From a virus, in the IMG/VR virus record IMGVR_UViG_3300044591_002420, positions 1 through 64,000 of that record: a stretch of 64,000 nucleotides of DNA. The stretch is one strand, 5' to 3'. A program made the position numbers and the translations under genes. Under the pieces are notes generated by a model, which worked only from the letters and a program-made list of their open reading frames with translations, made no database searches and was not told where the DNA came from. Positions 19,915-30,280 of this stretch are shown here, in pieces. How positions within the stretch are numbered: position 1 is the first letter of the stretch; every line of letters starts with the position of its first letter.

Positions 19915-22900
19915 ATGAGTCTAAATCGGCTAGAGAATTTTTTAAGAACAGCAAAAGGAACAGTAATATACGTTAATGTTGACGGTCTAGATGCTACCGA
20001 TAGTATTGAGAATACTGGTACATCATTAGCTAGACCTTTTAAGACACCTCAACGAGCACTCATTGAAGCCGTTAGATATAGCTACATTTCAGGTACTAAT
20101 AACGACCTTTATGGTAATACAACAATTATTGTCTTTCCTGGACAATATGATATAGACAATAGACCTGGAGTTCTAGTAAAGAACGATGGGTCTTTGTTAT
20201 TGAGAAGCAGTCAATCAACAACTCTTACTGAATGGAAAACTAATACTAATTTCAATCTTTACGATTCTGCTAATCAATTATATAAATTAAATTCGGTTTA
20301 TGGTGGAGTTATTGTTCCAAGAAGAATAACAATTTGGTGTTACGATTCAAGAAAGACAGTATTTCTCCCACTCTACGTTCCTAGTCCGACCAATAACAAC
20401 ATAGAAAGAAGTTGCATATTTCGTAGAAGTGCTGGCTCTGTTTTAGAAAATCTAGCATTTAGAGATTCCGATCCTAACGGATTCTGCTATAAAGATTATA
20501 CTGTTACCAAATTTACTCCCAATTTTTCACATCATAAACTTGATTGTTATCAAGACGTTGATGGTGTTAATGATGTAATAATTCAAGATGATTTTCTCAA
20601 CGTAACAACGTCTAGAACCGATCTAGAAATGTATTATGAAAAAATTTCACTTGTTTATGGGTTATCATCTGGTAGAGAAATTCAAGATGCAATTTATTCT
20701 ACCACGATTTCTGTTGATATTCAACCTGTTATTGATGAGTTTCGGATTATTGGTTCAACTGGAAAAGAAGTTGGAATCACATCTATTCGGGCTGGTGATG
20801 GAGTTACTCCAAATAACACAATTACGGTTACTTTAGAAGAACCAACGGAAGATCTGAATATTGACACACCAATTCAAATAAGTGGTGTTGGTGTCGCTGG
20901 TTATGATGGTCAGAATATTGTTTCCTCTGTTATTAGTTCTTCACAGATCCAATATAGATCATCCATTACACCAAGTAATGCATTGCCGTCTTCTGTGGGT
21001 GCAACACTTAATATCGTCGTAGATAGCATCACTTCTGATTCACCACTGTTTAAAAATAATACTCTCAGAAGTGTCTATGGAATGTGTGGCTATTATGGAA
21101 ATGGTGATAACGTTTCAGGTTTTAAGAGCTTTATTGTTGACCAATTTGAAGGAATAAGTCTACAAAAAGACGACAATGCCTTCGTCAAATATGATTATAC
21201 TAGCGGAACTTATGAAGATTCAACTGCTATTAGCAATCTTCATAGCGATCCAGATGCTCGTTATAAACCCGATTATGAGCATTACTTTTTACGAATTGAT
21301 AATAACACTTCCGCTGATGTTAATTCATGTAGTGCAACAGGATTTGCTCAGCAATATGCAGTAAATTCTGGATCTGAGATTAATATGAATGCCTCAAGAT
21401 CCAAATATGGTGCAAAGGCATTAGTTGCGGAAGGATTCAAAAAACAAGCGTATTCATATGATGATAATGGTTATCTTGTAGGAGTAGTCCCACCAAAGTT
21501 CGTTAATCCAGAAACAAGTAACAGATATTTTGGTTCTTTTGATGTTGGTCTTACTACTTCCGTTGGTAATAGTGCAAGACTTTATATCGCAAATGAAAAG
21601 AATTTTTATGCTCCACCCGAACATAATCTTTTTGGGTATAATATTGGTGCTAAAAGGGGTGAAATTATTAAAGTTGAATTATCCAATAATACCACAGTTG
21701 GAATTTATACTGCAAATGTTCTAATTCCTTCAACCAATTTAACATCGGAAAAAGTTTACACTGTTCCAAGAATTAATAACAATACAGAAAATTCTATCTT
21801 TAACAATGCGATTGATTTAACAACTTCTCATAATCTTATTACGGGCGAAAAAATTCGGATTTTTTCTGATAATGGTCATCTTCCCGATAGATTGACCTCA
21901 AATAAAGTTGGTTACGCGATCACAACAGGATTACTTTCAACTAAAGTCAAAATCGCCGAGACTTATAATGATGCGCTTGCAAATGTTCCATTAAACATAA
22001 ACAGAAAAGGTGGAAATCTTACTGTTGTCAGTAGAGTGGCGGATAAAAAGCCGGGTGAAATCGGACATCCAATTCAATGGGATTCTGGTAATGCTAATTG
22101 GTATATCGGTGTAAATACAAACAATTCAATTTATAACCAATTAAATTCTCTTGGTACTTCGGTTTTAGGTAATTATACGCCTTCATTTTATGTTGAACGT
22201 GTTGTTGATACTAGATCTGATGATGAGAAGATCTTTAAATTTAGATATATTATTCCGTCAAATACTACGGAATCAAGCAGACTACCATTAAAATCTTTCA
22301 TTCTTCAAGAGTGTAATGATGTGGTTCTAGATTCCACCGAGATGAGTAAGTATTTTTCTTCTACCGTATCAACTCTTATTTCCCCGGAAGAACTAAGAAA
22401 TTCACATTATATTTCTGATGTGACTTGGAGTTCAAACGTTGCAACAATAAAAACCGAACTTCCATCAGAAGTTACTATTGGTTCTAAGATTGAACTTGTT
22501 AATTTTATTGGTGGAGTTCATACTGTTTCTTCTGTTATTAATAACAAAAAATTTACTATTCCGTTATCAACAAATCCTGGAGTATTCAATAAAGATACTA
22601 CGACTAGAAATCAGAATCTACCATATTTTAAAAAGTTAGAAACAAGTAATACTTATAAAATTCATGAGGTCAAAGAACTTCAAGAGTACATTTATAACAA
22701 GCAAGATGGTGTTTATGATTTAACTGTAATTAATACATCAAATTCCCCAACAGTATCACCTTTCACCGATCTTAAGTTCCCCCAACCAATAAAAAATCTT
22801 TATCCAAAAACAGATGTTGATAATCTAGAATCGGATCCAAAATCAACAGCTTCTTTTGCACTTCCTGATAAAATTGGAGAAGTTGTTGTGAATAATGAAT

Positions 22901-24276
22901 CATTCTCATTAACTAAAGAAACTCGCAATAAACTAGCAGAAGATTTCCAATATGGAATAAAGGTATCAAATATCGTTTCTAATCCAACTGGTATTGCTCA
23001 TACTTTCACCACTGAAGTATCTCATAATTTTAGAGGTATTACTAACTTTAGCATCCTGAATGCTGGTAGTAATTATGTTCCAGGAACTTATTATGGTGCG
23101 GATGTTATTGCTAGTAGTGGTAGTGGAAGAAATGCAAACGTCAGACTAACCGTTAGTGGTGCTGGTACGGTCAGTGATCTGGAGATAATGGATTCTGGGT
23201 GTACTATTCTTGTTACGAATGTTATTGATAATATAAACGATACTCTTTATCTTGTAGATAATCTTATTCCTTTTAGAATAACTGTTATTGAGGATCACAA
23301 TAAAATTCAAGTTGTTTCTCCTACATCTGCTGTAGGTCTCAATACATCTTATTGTTTATGTGTAGGAAAAGCGGTTCAAATAAGTAGTTTTTCTTATAAT
23401 GCTACTACGGGTATAGCAACAGCAACATGTGCGATTGCTCATGGTAACACTGTGGACGAAACAATTAGATTAGGTGGATTTGATAGTAATTATTTCAATA
23501 AAGAAGCTGTCGTTATTGACACTCCTACAGTGCAATCTTTGGTTGTTAATATTGGTAAAGATGGAGTGTCCTTGCCAACTACTGGTACTCGTTATATATA
23601 TCCAACTATAACTTCTAATAACAATAAGCCTTATTATTTTTATGCGGGAATAACAGCGTATATTAGTAGTTCACTAACTGCAGAATCAAATATAGATATT
23701 TTGACGATTGATAATGCAGTGAATGCTGGATTGAATATTGGCGATTTTATAACAGTTAATGATGAAATTTTTAGAATAAAATCTGACATCACAACAAATA
23801 ATGTCTCCGTTTTTCGAGCACAGATGGGAACTGTTAGACAAACTCATTCGGTTAATTCTGTAGTCAAAAAAATCAAAATAGTTCCAATTGAACTTAGAGA
23901 GAGTTCAACGATTAATACCACTTCTCATATTTTTGAATCTGTTGGATTTGGACCGGGTAACTATTCAACCTCAATTCCCGATAGAGTAAATAAAACACTA
24001 TCCGAAGAAGAAAAATCTATTGCACAATATTATATGATTAATGGTGGAACTGTTACTCGAGATATTCCTGAAGTTAATAAGTTAATTCCAGAATATTATA
24101 TTGATACTCCTTATATTACCCTTCAAGGAAGATCAATCGGAGTAGGAACAACAACACCCTCTAGTGGAAATTATGGTGATATTATTTACAGTGTAAATCC
24201 TAAGAGTGGAAATTATGTTGGATGGACTTATACTATTGATAATAAATGGAAAGGATTTGGTATAATTGGATCTTAA
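19915..24276 (+). CDS. large virion structural/tail protein
   Basis: MSLNRLENFL..DATDSIEN.G.SL.RPFKT.QRALIEA N-terminus typical of cyanomyovirus structural proteins; CTAAATA at 19881. Confidence 0.75.
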   Translation: MSLNRLENFLRTAKGTVIYVNVDGLDATDSIENTGTSLARPFKTPQRALIEAVRYSYISGTNNDLYGNTTIIVFPGQYDIDNRPGVLVKNDGSLLLRSSQSTTLTEWKTNTNFNLYDSANQLYKLNSVYGGVIVPRRITIWCYDSRKTVFLPLYVPSPTNNNIERSCIFRRSAGSVLENLAFRDSDPNGFCYKDYTVTKFTPNFSHHKLDCYQDVDGVNDVIIQDDFLNVTTSRTDLEMYYEKISLVYGLSSGREIQDAIYSTTISVDIQPVIDEFRIIGSTGKEVGITSIRAGDGVTPNNTITVTLEEPTEDLNIDTPIQISGVGVAGYDGQNIVSSVISSSQIQYRSSITPSNALPSSVGATLNIVVDSITSDSPLFKNNTLRSVYGMCGYYGNGDNVSGFKSFIVDQFEGISLQKDDNAFVKYDYTSGTYEDSTAISNLHSDPDARYKPDYEHYFLRIDNNTSADVNSCSATGFAQQYAVNSGSEINMNASRSKYGAKALVAEGFKKQAYSYDDNGYLVGVVPPKFVNPETSNRYFGSFDVGLTTSVGNSARLYIANEKNFYAPPEHNLFGYNIGAKRGEIIKVELSNNTTVGIYTANVLIPSTNLTSEKVYTVPRINNNTENSIFNNAIDLTTSHNLITGEKIRIFSDNGHLPDRLTSNKVGYAITTGLLSTKVKIAETYNDALANVPLNINRKGGNLTVVSRVADKKPGEIGHPIQWDSGNANWYIGVNTNNSIYNQLNSLGTSVLGNYTPSFYVERVVDTRSDDEKIFKFRYIIPSNTTESSRLPLKSFILQECNDVVLDSTEMSKYFSSTVSTLISPEELRNSHYISDVTWSSNVATIKTELPSEVTIGSKIELVNFIGGVHTVSSVINNKKFTIPLSTNPGVFNKDTTTRNQNLPYFKKLETSNTYKIHEVKELQEYIYNKQDGVYDLTVINTSNSPTVSPFTDLKFPQPIKNLYPKTDVDNLESDPKSTASFALPDKIGEVVVNNESFSLTKETRNKLAEDFQYGIKVSNIVSNPTGIAHTFTTEVSHNFRGITNFSILNAGSNYVPGTYYGADVIASSGSGRNANVRLTVSGAGTVSDLEIMDSGCTILVTNVIDNINDTLYLVDNLIPFRITVIEDHNKIQVVSPTSAVGLNTSYCLCVGKAVQISSFSYNATTGIATATCAIAHGNTVDETIRLGGFDSNYFNKEAVVIDTPTVQSLVVNIGKDGVSLPTTGTRYIYPTITSNNNKPYYFYAGITAYISSSLTAESNIDILTIDNAVNAGLNIGDFITVNDEIFRIKSDITTNNVSVFRAQMGTVRQTHSVNSVVKKIKIVPIELRESSTINTTSHIFESVGFGPGNYSTSIPDRVNKTLSEEEKSIAQYYMINGGTVTRDIPEVNKLIPEYYIDTPYITLQGRSIGVGTTTPSSGNYGDIIYSVNPKSGNYVGWTYTIDNKWKGFGIIGS

Positions 24277-24316
24277 AGCTAAATATTAAAAAGAGTGGAA
24301 AAACGGAAACTCTACA

Positions 24317-25510
24317 ATGCCAAATAAGAATTTTATAGTTAAGAATGGAATTGAGGTTGATGGTAATCTCATTTTCGCGGATCCTGATACTAATAAAGTA
24401 GGAATAAAAACATCCACGCCAACTGTAGAACTAGATGTAAGCGGTGATATTAGATCTAATAACTTAACGGTTAGCGATGTGTTATCTCTTTATGGTAATA
24501 TCGCAATTAATGGTGAACTGGGAGAAGTTGGATCATTTCTGTCTGTAACAGGATCAGGTGTCACATGGAGCCCGATTCCGGGATTAAGAACCGTTGCGTC
24601 TATTGTTGCGGCCTCAGGGCAAACATTAATTAATGCTGTTTATAATCCTTCAACTGGAGTTGATGTTTTCGTTGATGGAGTTAGACTAACAACAACAGAT
24701 TATACAGCAATTACTGGATCTGAAATTGTACTAGCGGTTCCTCTTTTTGGTGGTGAGCGAGTAGATATTATTGCATATTCTGTTTTTGGTACTGGTGGAC
24801 CTGGAATTACCATTGAAAATAATTCAACTCAAGTAGGTCTATCTAATTTAATAAGTACAATCAATTTTGTAGGATTCAGTAGTATTTCTTTATCTGAAGA
24901 TGGATTTGGTGTGACACTGGAGAATTCAGCAGATAGTTATTACAATTTGGGTATTAAAAAAGAAATAAGATTTTATGAAGATACATTAAGTTGTCCCGAT
25001 TACATTTCTCTCAAGGCGCCCGGCATATTAACGTCTACAACTTCTTATCAACTGCCGGCTAGTTATCCAGCGGGCAATGAATATTATTTGTCTTCAAGTT
25101 CTGTTGGCATTATGACTTGGAAACAAAAAACGGACACAACGATTATACCGTTGACATCTGAAACTAAAATTTTGCAAGTGAGCACACTAACAACTATACC
25201 ATATTGGCCAGAAAATACATTTTTGTCATCTCAACCAATATGGATGGTAAATATGGCAGCTACCGGCTCTAACATTATTTTTGATATAAAAATTAATAAT
25301 TCGTCTATTTTTTCAGTATTACCAACTATAGATCAGACTGAAATTAGTAGTGCTACTGCTGATATTCCATCTGCATTTTCAACCTCTTTTATTAATAATG
25401 ATAAAATGATCTCAATTGGATCAACAGTCACTTTCCATTGTGTTGGTATCGGAAGCACTTATGCTGGTAGTGGTGCAAAAGTAAACATTTATAGTTTTAG
25501 TAGTCAATAA
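24317..25510 (+). CDS. tail fibre-like protein
   Basis: KNFIVKNGIEV, NKVGIKT..P..LDV.G, VDVFVDGVRL..DYTA..G; CTAAATA at 24279. Confidence 0.7.
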   Translation: MPNKNFIVKNGIEVDGNLIFADPDTNKVGIKTSTPTVELDVSGDIRSNNLTVSDVLSLYGNIAINGELGEVGSFLSVTGSGVTWSPIPGLRTVASIVAASGQTLINAVYNPSTGVDVFVDGVRLTTTDYTAITGSEIVLAVPLFGGERVDIIAYSVFGTGGPGITIENNSTQVGLSNLISTINFVGFSSISLSEDGFGVTLENSADSYYNLGIKKEIRFYEDTLSCPDYISLKAPGILTSTTSYQLPASYPAGNEYYLSSSSVGIMTWKQKTDTTIIPLTSETKILQVSTLTTIPYWPENTFLSSQPIWMVNMAATGSNIIFDIKINNSSIFSVLPTIDQTEISSATADIPSAFSTSFINNDKMISIGSTVTFHCVGIGSTYAGSGAKVNIYSFSSQ

Positions 25511-25544
25511 ATAAAAATTAAAGTTTACAGTGGGGATAATTTAG

Positions 25545-26954
25545 ATGGGTATTCGTTATTGGGGATCTAATATATCAGAACCTTTTCTGACATTATGGGT
25601 AAGCCGCCTTACTACTGCAACAAGATTACCGATTGCGAATGGTGGTGGTAGAGGTGCTATTGCTGCAGGTAATGATGGCGCGTCATTTGAAGCATTTTGG
25701 TTTGAAGCGGCGGGCGGCAGCATGGTTCGGGTTGTGGTTGTAAAACGCGATTCAAAAGGATTTGTATTATGGTCATGTTGGACTTCTGCAGATTTTGGAG
25801 ATACGGCTACAAGTCGTGACAATTCTGAGCCACAAGTATTAGGTTTACCTGATGGTGGTTGTATTGTGGTATGTAAAGGTACCGGCGGCGGGACGGCCAT
25901 ATCAGCATGGAGGCTAGATACAAATGGTAATCAAACATGGCGGCAAGATTATACCGGTGATCTAGTCGGTGCTATTCGTGTTACATTAAGTAGTTCTGAA
26001 ATTGCAATTTTGACTGCTAGCAATGTTTTCATACCATCCAGTGGTGTTTCAAGAAGGCAACCGACAGTATTAAAAATTGCACTTGGTTCCGGTGCGGTTA
26101 CGGCTTGTAATGCATATCGGATTGATAACACACTTAGCAATATAACTCCTGGTATACGAGATAATATCTTTGTTTTATCATCTGGCGCTGTGGTATTAAA
26201 GATTGGACCTATTTTCGTTGAAACTAATAATTCCGGAACAACCATAACCCGTTGTGTTATTTTTTCTGGATCAGGTGAAGTGATGAATGGTCTTGCTACA
26301 GTATTACCCGTTGGTGGATATTTATGTAGAGATGATAGCCAAACACTTGTCCGGTTAGATTCTAGTTTTAATATCACAGATAGATATAAGCATTCTAACG
26401 CTATGCAATCTGGTGGTGTATTTTGGGGACTGCAAACACTTGCATTAGAGGTAAATACTTCTGGCGAAGGCTATGCACTTTCTTACGGGTTTGCTTCCGG
26501 TGAATTTCTTGGCGTTAGTTTTAAGGTAGTAAAATTCACGTCTTATGGTGCAAGTCCCGTGGGATACAATGAAATTGCTTATGGTTCTAATATCGGAGCA
26601 CCAGAGCAATCAATTAGTTATGATATTGATTTGAGCAATGAATACGGTTTGGCGCGGGTTGTTGGGTCAACTTCCGGCTGTAGTATCACCGCATTAGGAT
26701 TTACATTAAATCAACCGATAAGTACTGCAAGTAATACAACGCCAGCGGCTACATTAAATACTGGATCATGTAGTAATACAATGAGCGTAAGAGGATGGGA
26801 TTCGGTAAGTTATAGTACACTAACACCTGATGATATTACACGCACTGTTATTTCAGCAACTGTTACATCTATTTCTATTACTACTACCACTGGTGCTCTT
26901 AGTATGGTAGACGCTTCTAGTACACTCACATGGTCTCGTTCTGAATTAATATGA
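25545..26954 (+). CDS. putative beta-rich receptor-binding/virion protein
   Basis: G/S/T-rich, propeller-like segments; between tail fibre genes; ATAAATA at 25507. Confidence 0.5.
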   Translation: MGIRYWGSNISEPFLTLWVSRLTTATRLPIANGGGRGAIAAGNDGASFEAFWFEAAGGSMVRVVVVKRDSKGFVLWSCWTSADFGDTATSRDNSEPQVLGLPDGGCIVVCKGTGGGTAISAWRLDTNGNQTWRQDYTGDLVGAIRVTLSSSEIAILTASNVFIPSSGVSRRQPTVLKIALGSGAVTACNAYRIDNTLSNITPGIRDNIFVLSSGAVVLKIGPIFVETNNSGTTITRCVIFSGSGEVMNGLATVLPVGGYLCRDDSQTLVRLDSSFNITDRYKHSNAMQSGGVFWGLQTLALEVNTSGEGYALSYGFASGEFLGVSFKVVKFTSYGASPVGYNEIAYGSNIGAPEQSISYDIDLSNEYGLARVVGSTSGCSITALGFTLNQPISTASNTTPAATLNTGSCSNTMSVRGWDSVSYSTLTPDDITRTVISATVTSISITTTTGALSMVDASSTLTWSRSELI

Positions 26955-27005
26955 TATCTCTCATAAATAGACATATTAATATGTCTCATAACATTCTAAC
27001 AGCCG

Positions 27006-28898
27006 ATGTCATATTCTAATAGAGAACTTTCACAATTTGCCTCTTTTTTAAAGGTAAATGATACTAATCAAAAAATCGCAATAACTACAACGGCGACACC
27101 TTTTGTTGGAATTGGTTCAACTAATCCAACAGAAAAATTAGATGTTTTTGGTAATATTAAAGCGAGTGGTATTGTTAGTGCTATGGCTTTTTATGGTGAT
27201 GGTTCAACATTAAATAATGTTACTGCTGTGGTGAATGGTTATTTTGTTTCAGAGCCCGCTGGAATCTGGACCGGGAAAAGTGTAGGAATTGGTACTAGCA
27301 CATTTGATCACAGATTAAACGTAGAAGGAAATGTATTCGCTAGTAGATTCATATCATATGTTCCACAGGGAACTCCTCCTTTTCAAGTTTTTTCTAATAC
27401 ATTAGTTCCAAATTTAAATGCAGCTTTATTTCAAGGTAGAACTCCACCAGATGGTAATATTGTAGGAACGGGTGATACTCAAACTCTCTCAAATAAAACT
27501 TTAATATCTCCTATAATCTCATCTATTAGTAATGGATCTGCAACATTAACGCTTCCAACCACAGGTGGAACTTTGCTTCATAGTGGTGGTGTTGGAATTA
27601 TTACAAGTGGACTTTATCAAGAAGGAAGTATTAGTAATATTCATATTAATATTGGAGCGGCAGTTTCTTATAATAAGTTAAATTTAACAAATTCTATTAA
27701 TAATTCAGATATTAATGTTGGTGCGGCAATTAGTTATAATAAACTAAATCTTTTTAACAATATTAAATCATCTGATATTGATCCAAATAATAAAATTCAA
27801 AATAGTAAACTTCAGAATAGTACAATATCTGGTATTTCTTTAGGGAGTAATTTGCAACCTTTAACACCTGGAAATTATTTAACTGGTGATAATTATACAG
27901 GAGTTGGTATTGTTACTTTTAATGTGAATGCTAAAGTTGAAAGCATTAGTGGTTCTATTGTTGCAAGAGATCAAGATAAATCAATTTTTATTGATTCTAT
28001 TAATTTGGACACTACCGGAGTGGGTAAAGGGGATATTGGTAGCAGTGGTGGTAATGATGGAGTTTTTGCTATTTATAATACAACGAATAGTGGTAATATC
28101 GTATTATCCCTAAAAAATTCTTTGGGTATCAATAAAAATATATTTAAAACTTCTTATGATGGTGTTTTATTAGATAAAGCTTCATTCCAAATAACGACTG
28201 ATGGTAATGATTATAGCTATATTAATGCTGTTTCCGGTTTACCTTCTAATGATGTTTCAAATAAGCTCACATTTTTGATTGATAGTAAATCTCCGGGGTT
28301 TAATGGTGATATTTTTTGTAATGGTGGATCTGATGGTGTTTGGTGGATTCATAATACTTCTAGTGCGGCAGGAAGAGAAATAGGATTTCGTCTTGCTAAT
28401 GAAGCACTGACCGATTATGATATGATGTTCCAAATTTATCGCAATAGTAGCAATGGTTCAAGAAATGTTTCCTGTCCTAGAGCGGGAACGATTTTTAGTG
28501 TTAACGGAACAAAGAATTTTAAAATTGAACATCCTATTGATGAAAATAAGATATTATCACATGTTTCTATTGAGGGACCAAGAGCTGATCTTATCTATCG
28601 TGGAATCGCTAAATTGAATAAAGGACGTGTTGAAGTTAATTTGGATAATGAATATAATTTAATTCCTGGAACATGGAAAGCTTTATGTAGAAATCCTCAA
28701 GTTTGGATAACCAGTATAGATGGATGGACAGTATGTAAGGGTCATGTTATAGATGAAATGTTGGTTATACAATCTAAAAGTATTGAATGTAATGAGAATG
28801 TTAATTGGTTAATTATTGCAGAAAGACAAGATAAAGCAATGTATAACGAAGGAAATGATGAAAATGGTAGACCGATTTTGGAGGAAGATAAATCATAA
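27006..28898 (+). CDS. tail fibre protein
   Basis: VGIGSTNP..LDV.G repeats, TQTLSNKTL, IGAA.SYNKLNL repeats, C-terminal KNFKIEHP..IEGP..YRG domain; ATAAATA at 26963. Confidence 0.75.
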   Translation: MSYSNRELSQFASFLKVNDTNQKIAITTTATPFVGIGSTNPTEKLDVFGNIKASGIVSAMAFYGDGSTLNNVTAVVNGYFVSEPAGIWTGKSVGIGTSTFDHRLNVEGNVFASRFISYVPQGTPPFQVFSNTLVPNLNAALFQGRTPPDGNIVGTGDTQTLSNKTLISPIISSISNGSATLTLPTTGGTLLHSGGVGIITSGLYQEGSISNIHINIGAAVSYNKLNLTNSINNSDINVGAAISYNKLNLFNNIKSSDIDPNNKIQNSKLQNSTISGISLGSNLQPLTPGNYLTGDNYTGVGIVTFNVNAKVESISGSIVARDQDKSIFIDSINLDTTGVGKGDIGSSGGNDGVFAIYNTTNSGNIVLSLKNSLGINKNIFKTSYDGVLLDKASFQITTDGNDYSYINAVSGLPSNDVSNKLTFLIDSKSPGFNGDIFCNGGSDGVWWIHNTSSAAGREIGFRLANEALTDYDMMFQIYRNSSNGSRNVSCPRAGTIFSVNGTKNFKIEHPIDENKILSHVSIEGPRADLIYRGIAKLNKGRVEVNLDNEYNLIPGTWKALCRNPQVWITSIDGWTVCKGHVIDEMLVIQSKSIECNENVNWLIIAERQDKAMYNEGNDENGRPILEEDKS

Positions 28899-28931
28899 TA
28901 CCACATGTACTTCCATTTGTCAAGGTCTTGT

Positions 28932-28990
28932 ATGACGATCAACAAAGTGGCATAATACCCATTGACATTTTAAGGAATCTGCTGTAGGAT
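28932..28990 (+). promoter_or_regulatory. sigma70-like promoter with upstream palindrome
   Basis: TTGACA(28962)-17-TAGGAT(28985), preceded by ATGACG-N10-TGGCAT. Confidence 0.7.
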
Positions 28991-29440
28991 CAGCCTTGTC
29001 ACCGATGATGAACATCTTGTATTTACTAATTACTACTAATGAATAAGATACTAACAATCACTAATGGTACTGAATCAATTGATATTGAGTGTACTACTAA
29101 AATCAGAACAAGAGTCAGTGAAGAATGTTTTATTGCAATGAAGAATACAACATCTATTAATGTTAATAATATTATTCTACATGTACTTTTAGATGAAGCT
29201 CAAATTATTATGGAAGATCGTAACAAATGGACATTATGCAATTAATTCAAGATTGGTATAACACTCTTCAAGGTATTCAGAGTAATTATCAATTCTTTCT
29301 TGATATTAATTCTGGATGGTTAGAAATGGAATTCAAACATCTTTATGGTGATAATCCTACAGAAAAAGATTATTGGAATTGGATGGTGAGAAATGCTGAA
29401 ACAGTTTATGTGTCTAATGATTTTTATGAACTACTTCTAA

Positions 29441-29794
29441 ATGAGAACAATAATAGCCGGAAGTAGAACCGCTACAGATATTAAAGATCTTATTGACGCA
29501 GTAGCTAAATGTGGATGGAGAATAACAACAGTTATTTCCGGTAAAGCTAGAGGAGCCGATCATTTGGGTGAATTATGGGCGAAATATCATAATATTCCGA
29601 TAGATGAATATCCTGCTGATTGGAAAAAGTATGGTAGATCTGCTGGACCAAGACGCAATATTGAAATGGCTGAAAATGCGGATGCTCTTATTGCTCTTTG
29701 GAATGGAGAAAGCAGAGGAACCAAACATATGATAGAAACAGCAAGACAGAAGAATCTAAAAGTTTATGTTCATATTATAGAGTGTGTCGGTTAA
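29441..29794 (+). CDS. SLOG superfamily (YspA/DUF2493-like) protein
   Basis: IIAGSR, VISGKARGAD, ADW.KYGRSAGPRRN.EMA, W.GESRGTKHMI. Confidence 0.85.
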   Translation: MRTIIAGSRTATDIKDLIDAVAKCGWRITTVISGKARGADHLGELWAKYHNIPIDEYPADWKKYGRSAGPRRNIEMAENADALIALWNGESRGTKHMIETARQKNLKVYVHIIECVG

Positions 29795-29839
29795 GAGACT
29801 GTCACACTCTTTTTACGTCTAGCTGAGCTTCTGTTATTA

Positions 29840-30280
29840 TTGTTTCGTTGGTCATCCAATGACGTTGGATTTATGAGCAAAAACAAATTTAGGACATCAA
29901 AAAGCCGCCGCACTTCACCAAAAGTCCTAGAGCAACTAGCGACTGATGAGAATCCTGATGTTCGTTGTAGAGTAGCAAGAACTTCAAACACTCCACCAAA
30001 AACTCTAGAACAACTAGCAACCGATGAATATTATTTGGTTCGTTGGAACGTAGCAAATAATCCAAACACACCACCAAAAGCCCTAGAACTTCTAGCGACC
30101 GATAAGGAATGGTTGGTTCGTTGTCGTGTAGCAATAAATCCAAACACTCCACCAGAAATTCTTGAACAACTAGCTACCGATGAGAGTCCTTCCGTTCGCT
30201 GTAATGTAGCAGAAAACCCAAACACACCACACTACATCAAGAAGTTCATTACCATTCAAGAACAACTCCAAAAACTATGA
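29840..30280 (+). CDS. LRV/HEAT-like repeat protein, tail class A (true start probably downstream)
   Basis: Four 26-aa repeats plus YIKKFITIQ tail. Confidence 0.88.
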   Translation: MFRWSSNDVGFMSKNKFRTSKSRRTSPKVLEQLATDENPDVRCRVARTSNTPPKTLEQLATDEYYLVRWNVANNPNTPPKALELLATDKEWLVRCRVAINPNTPPEILEQLATDESPSVRCNVAENPNTPHYIKKFITIQEQLQKL

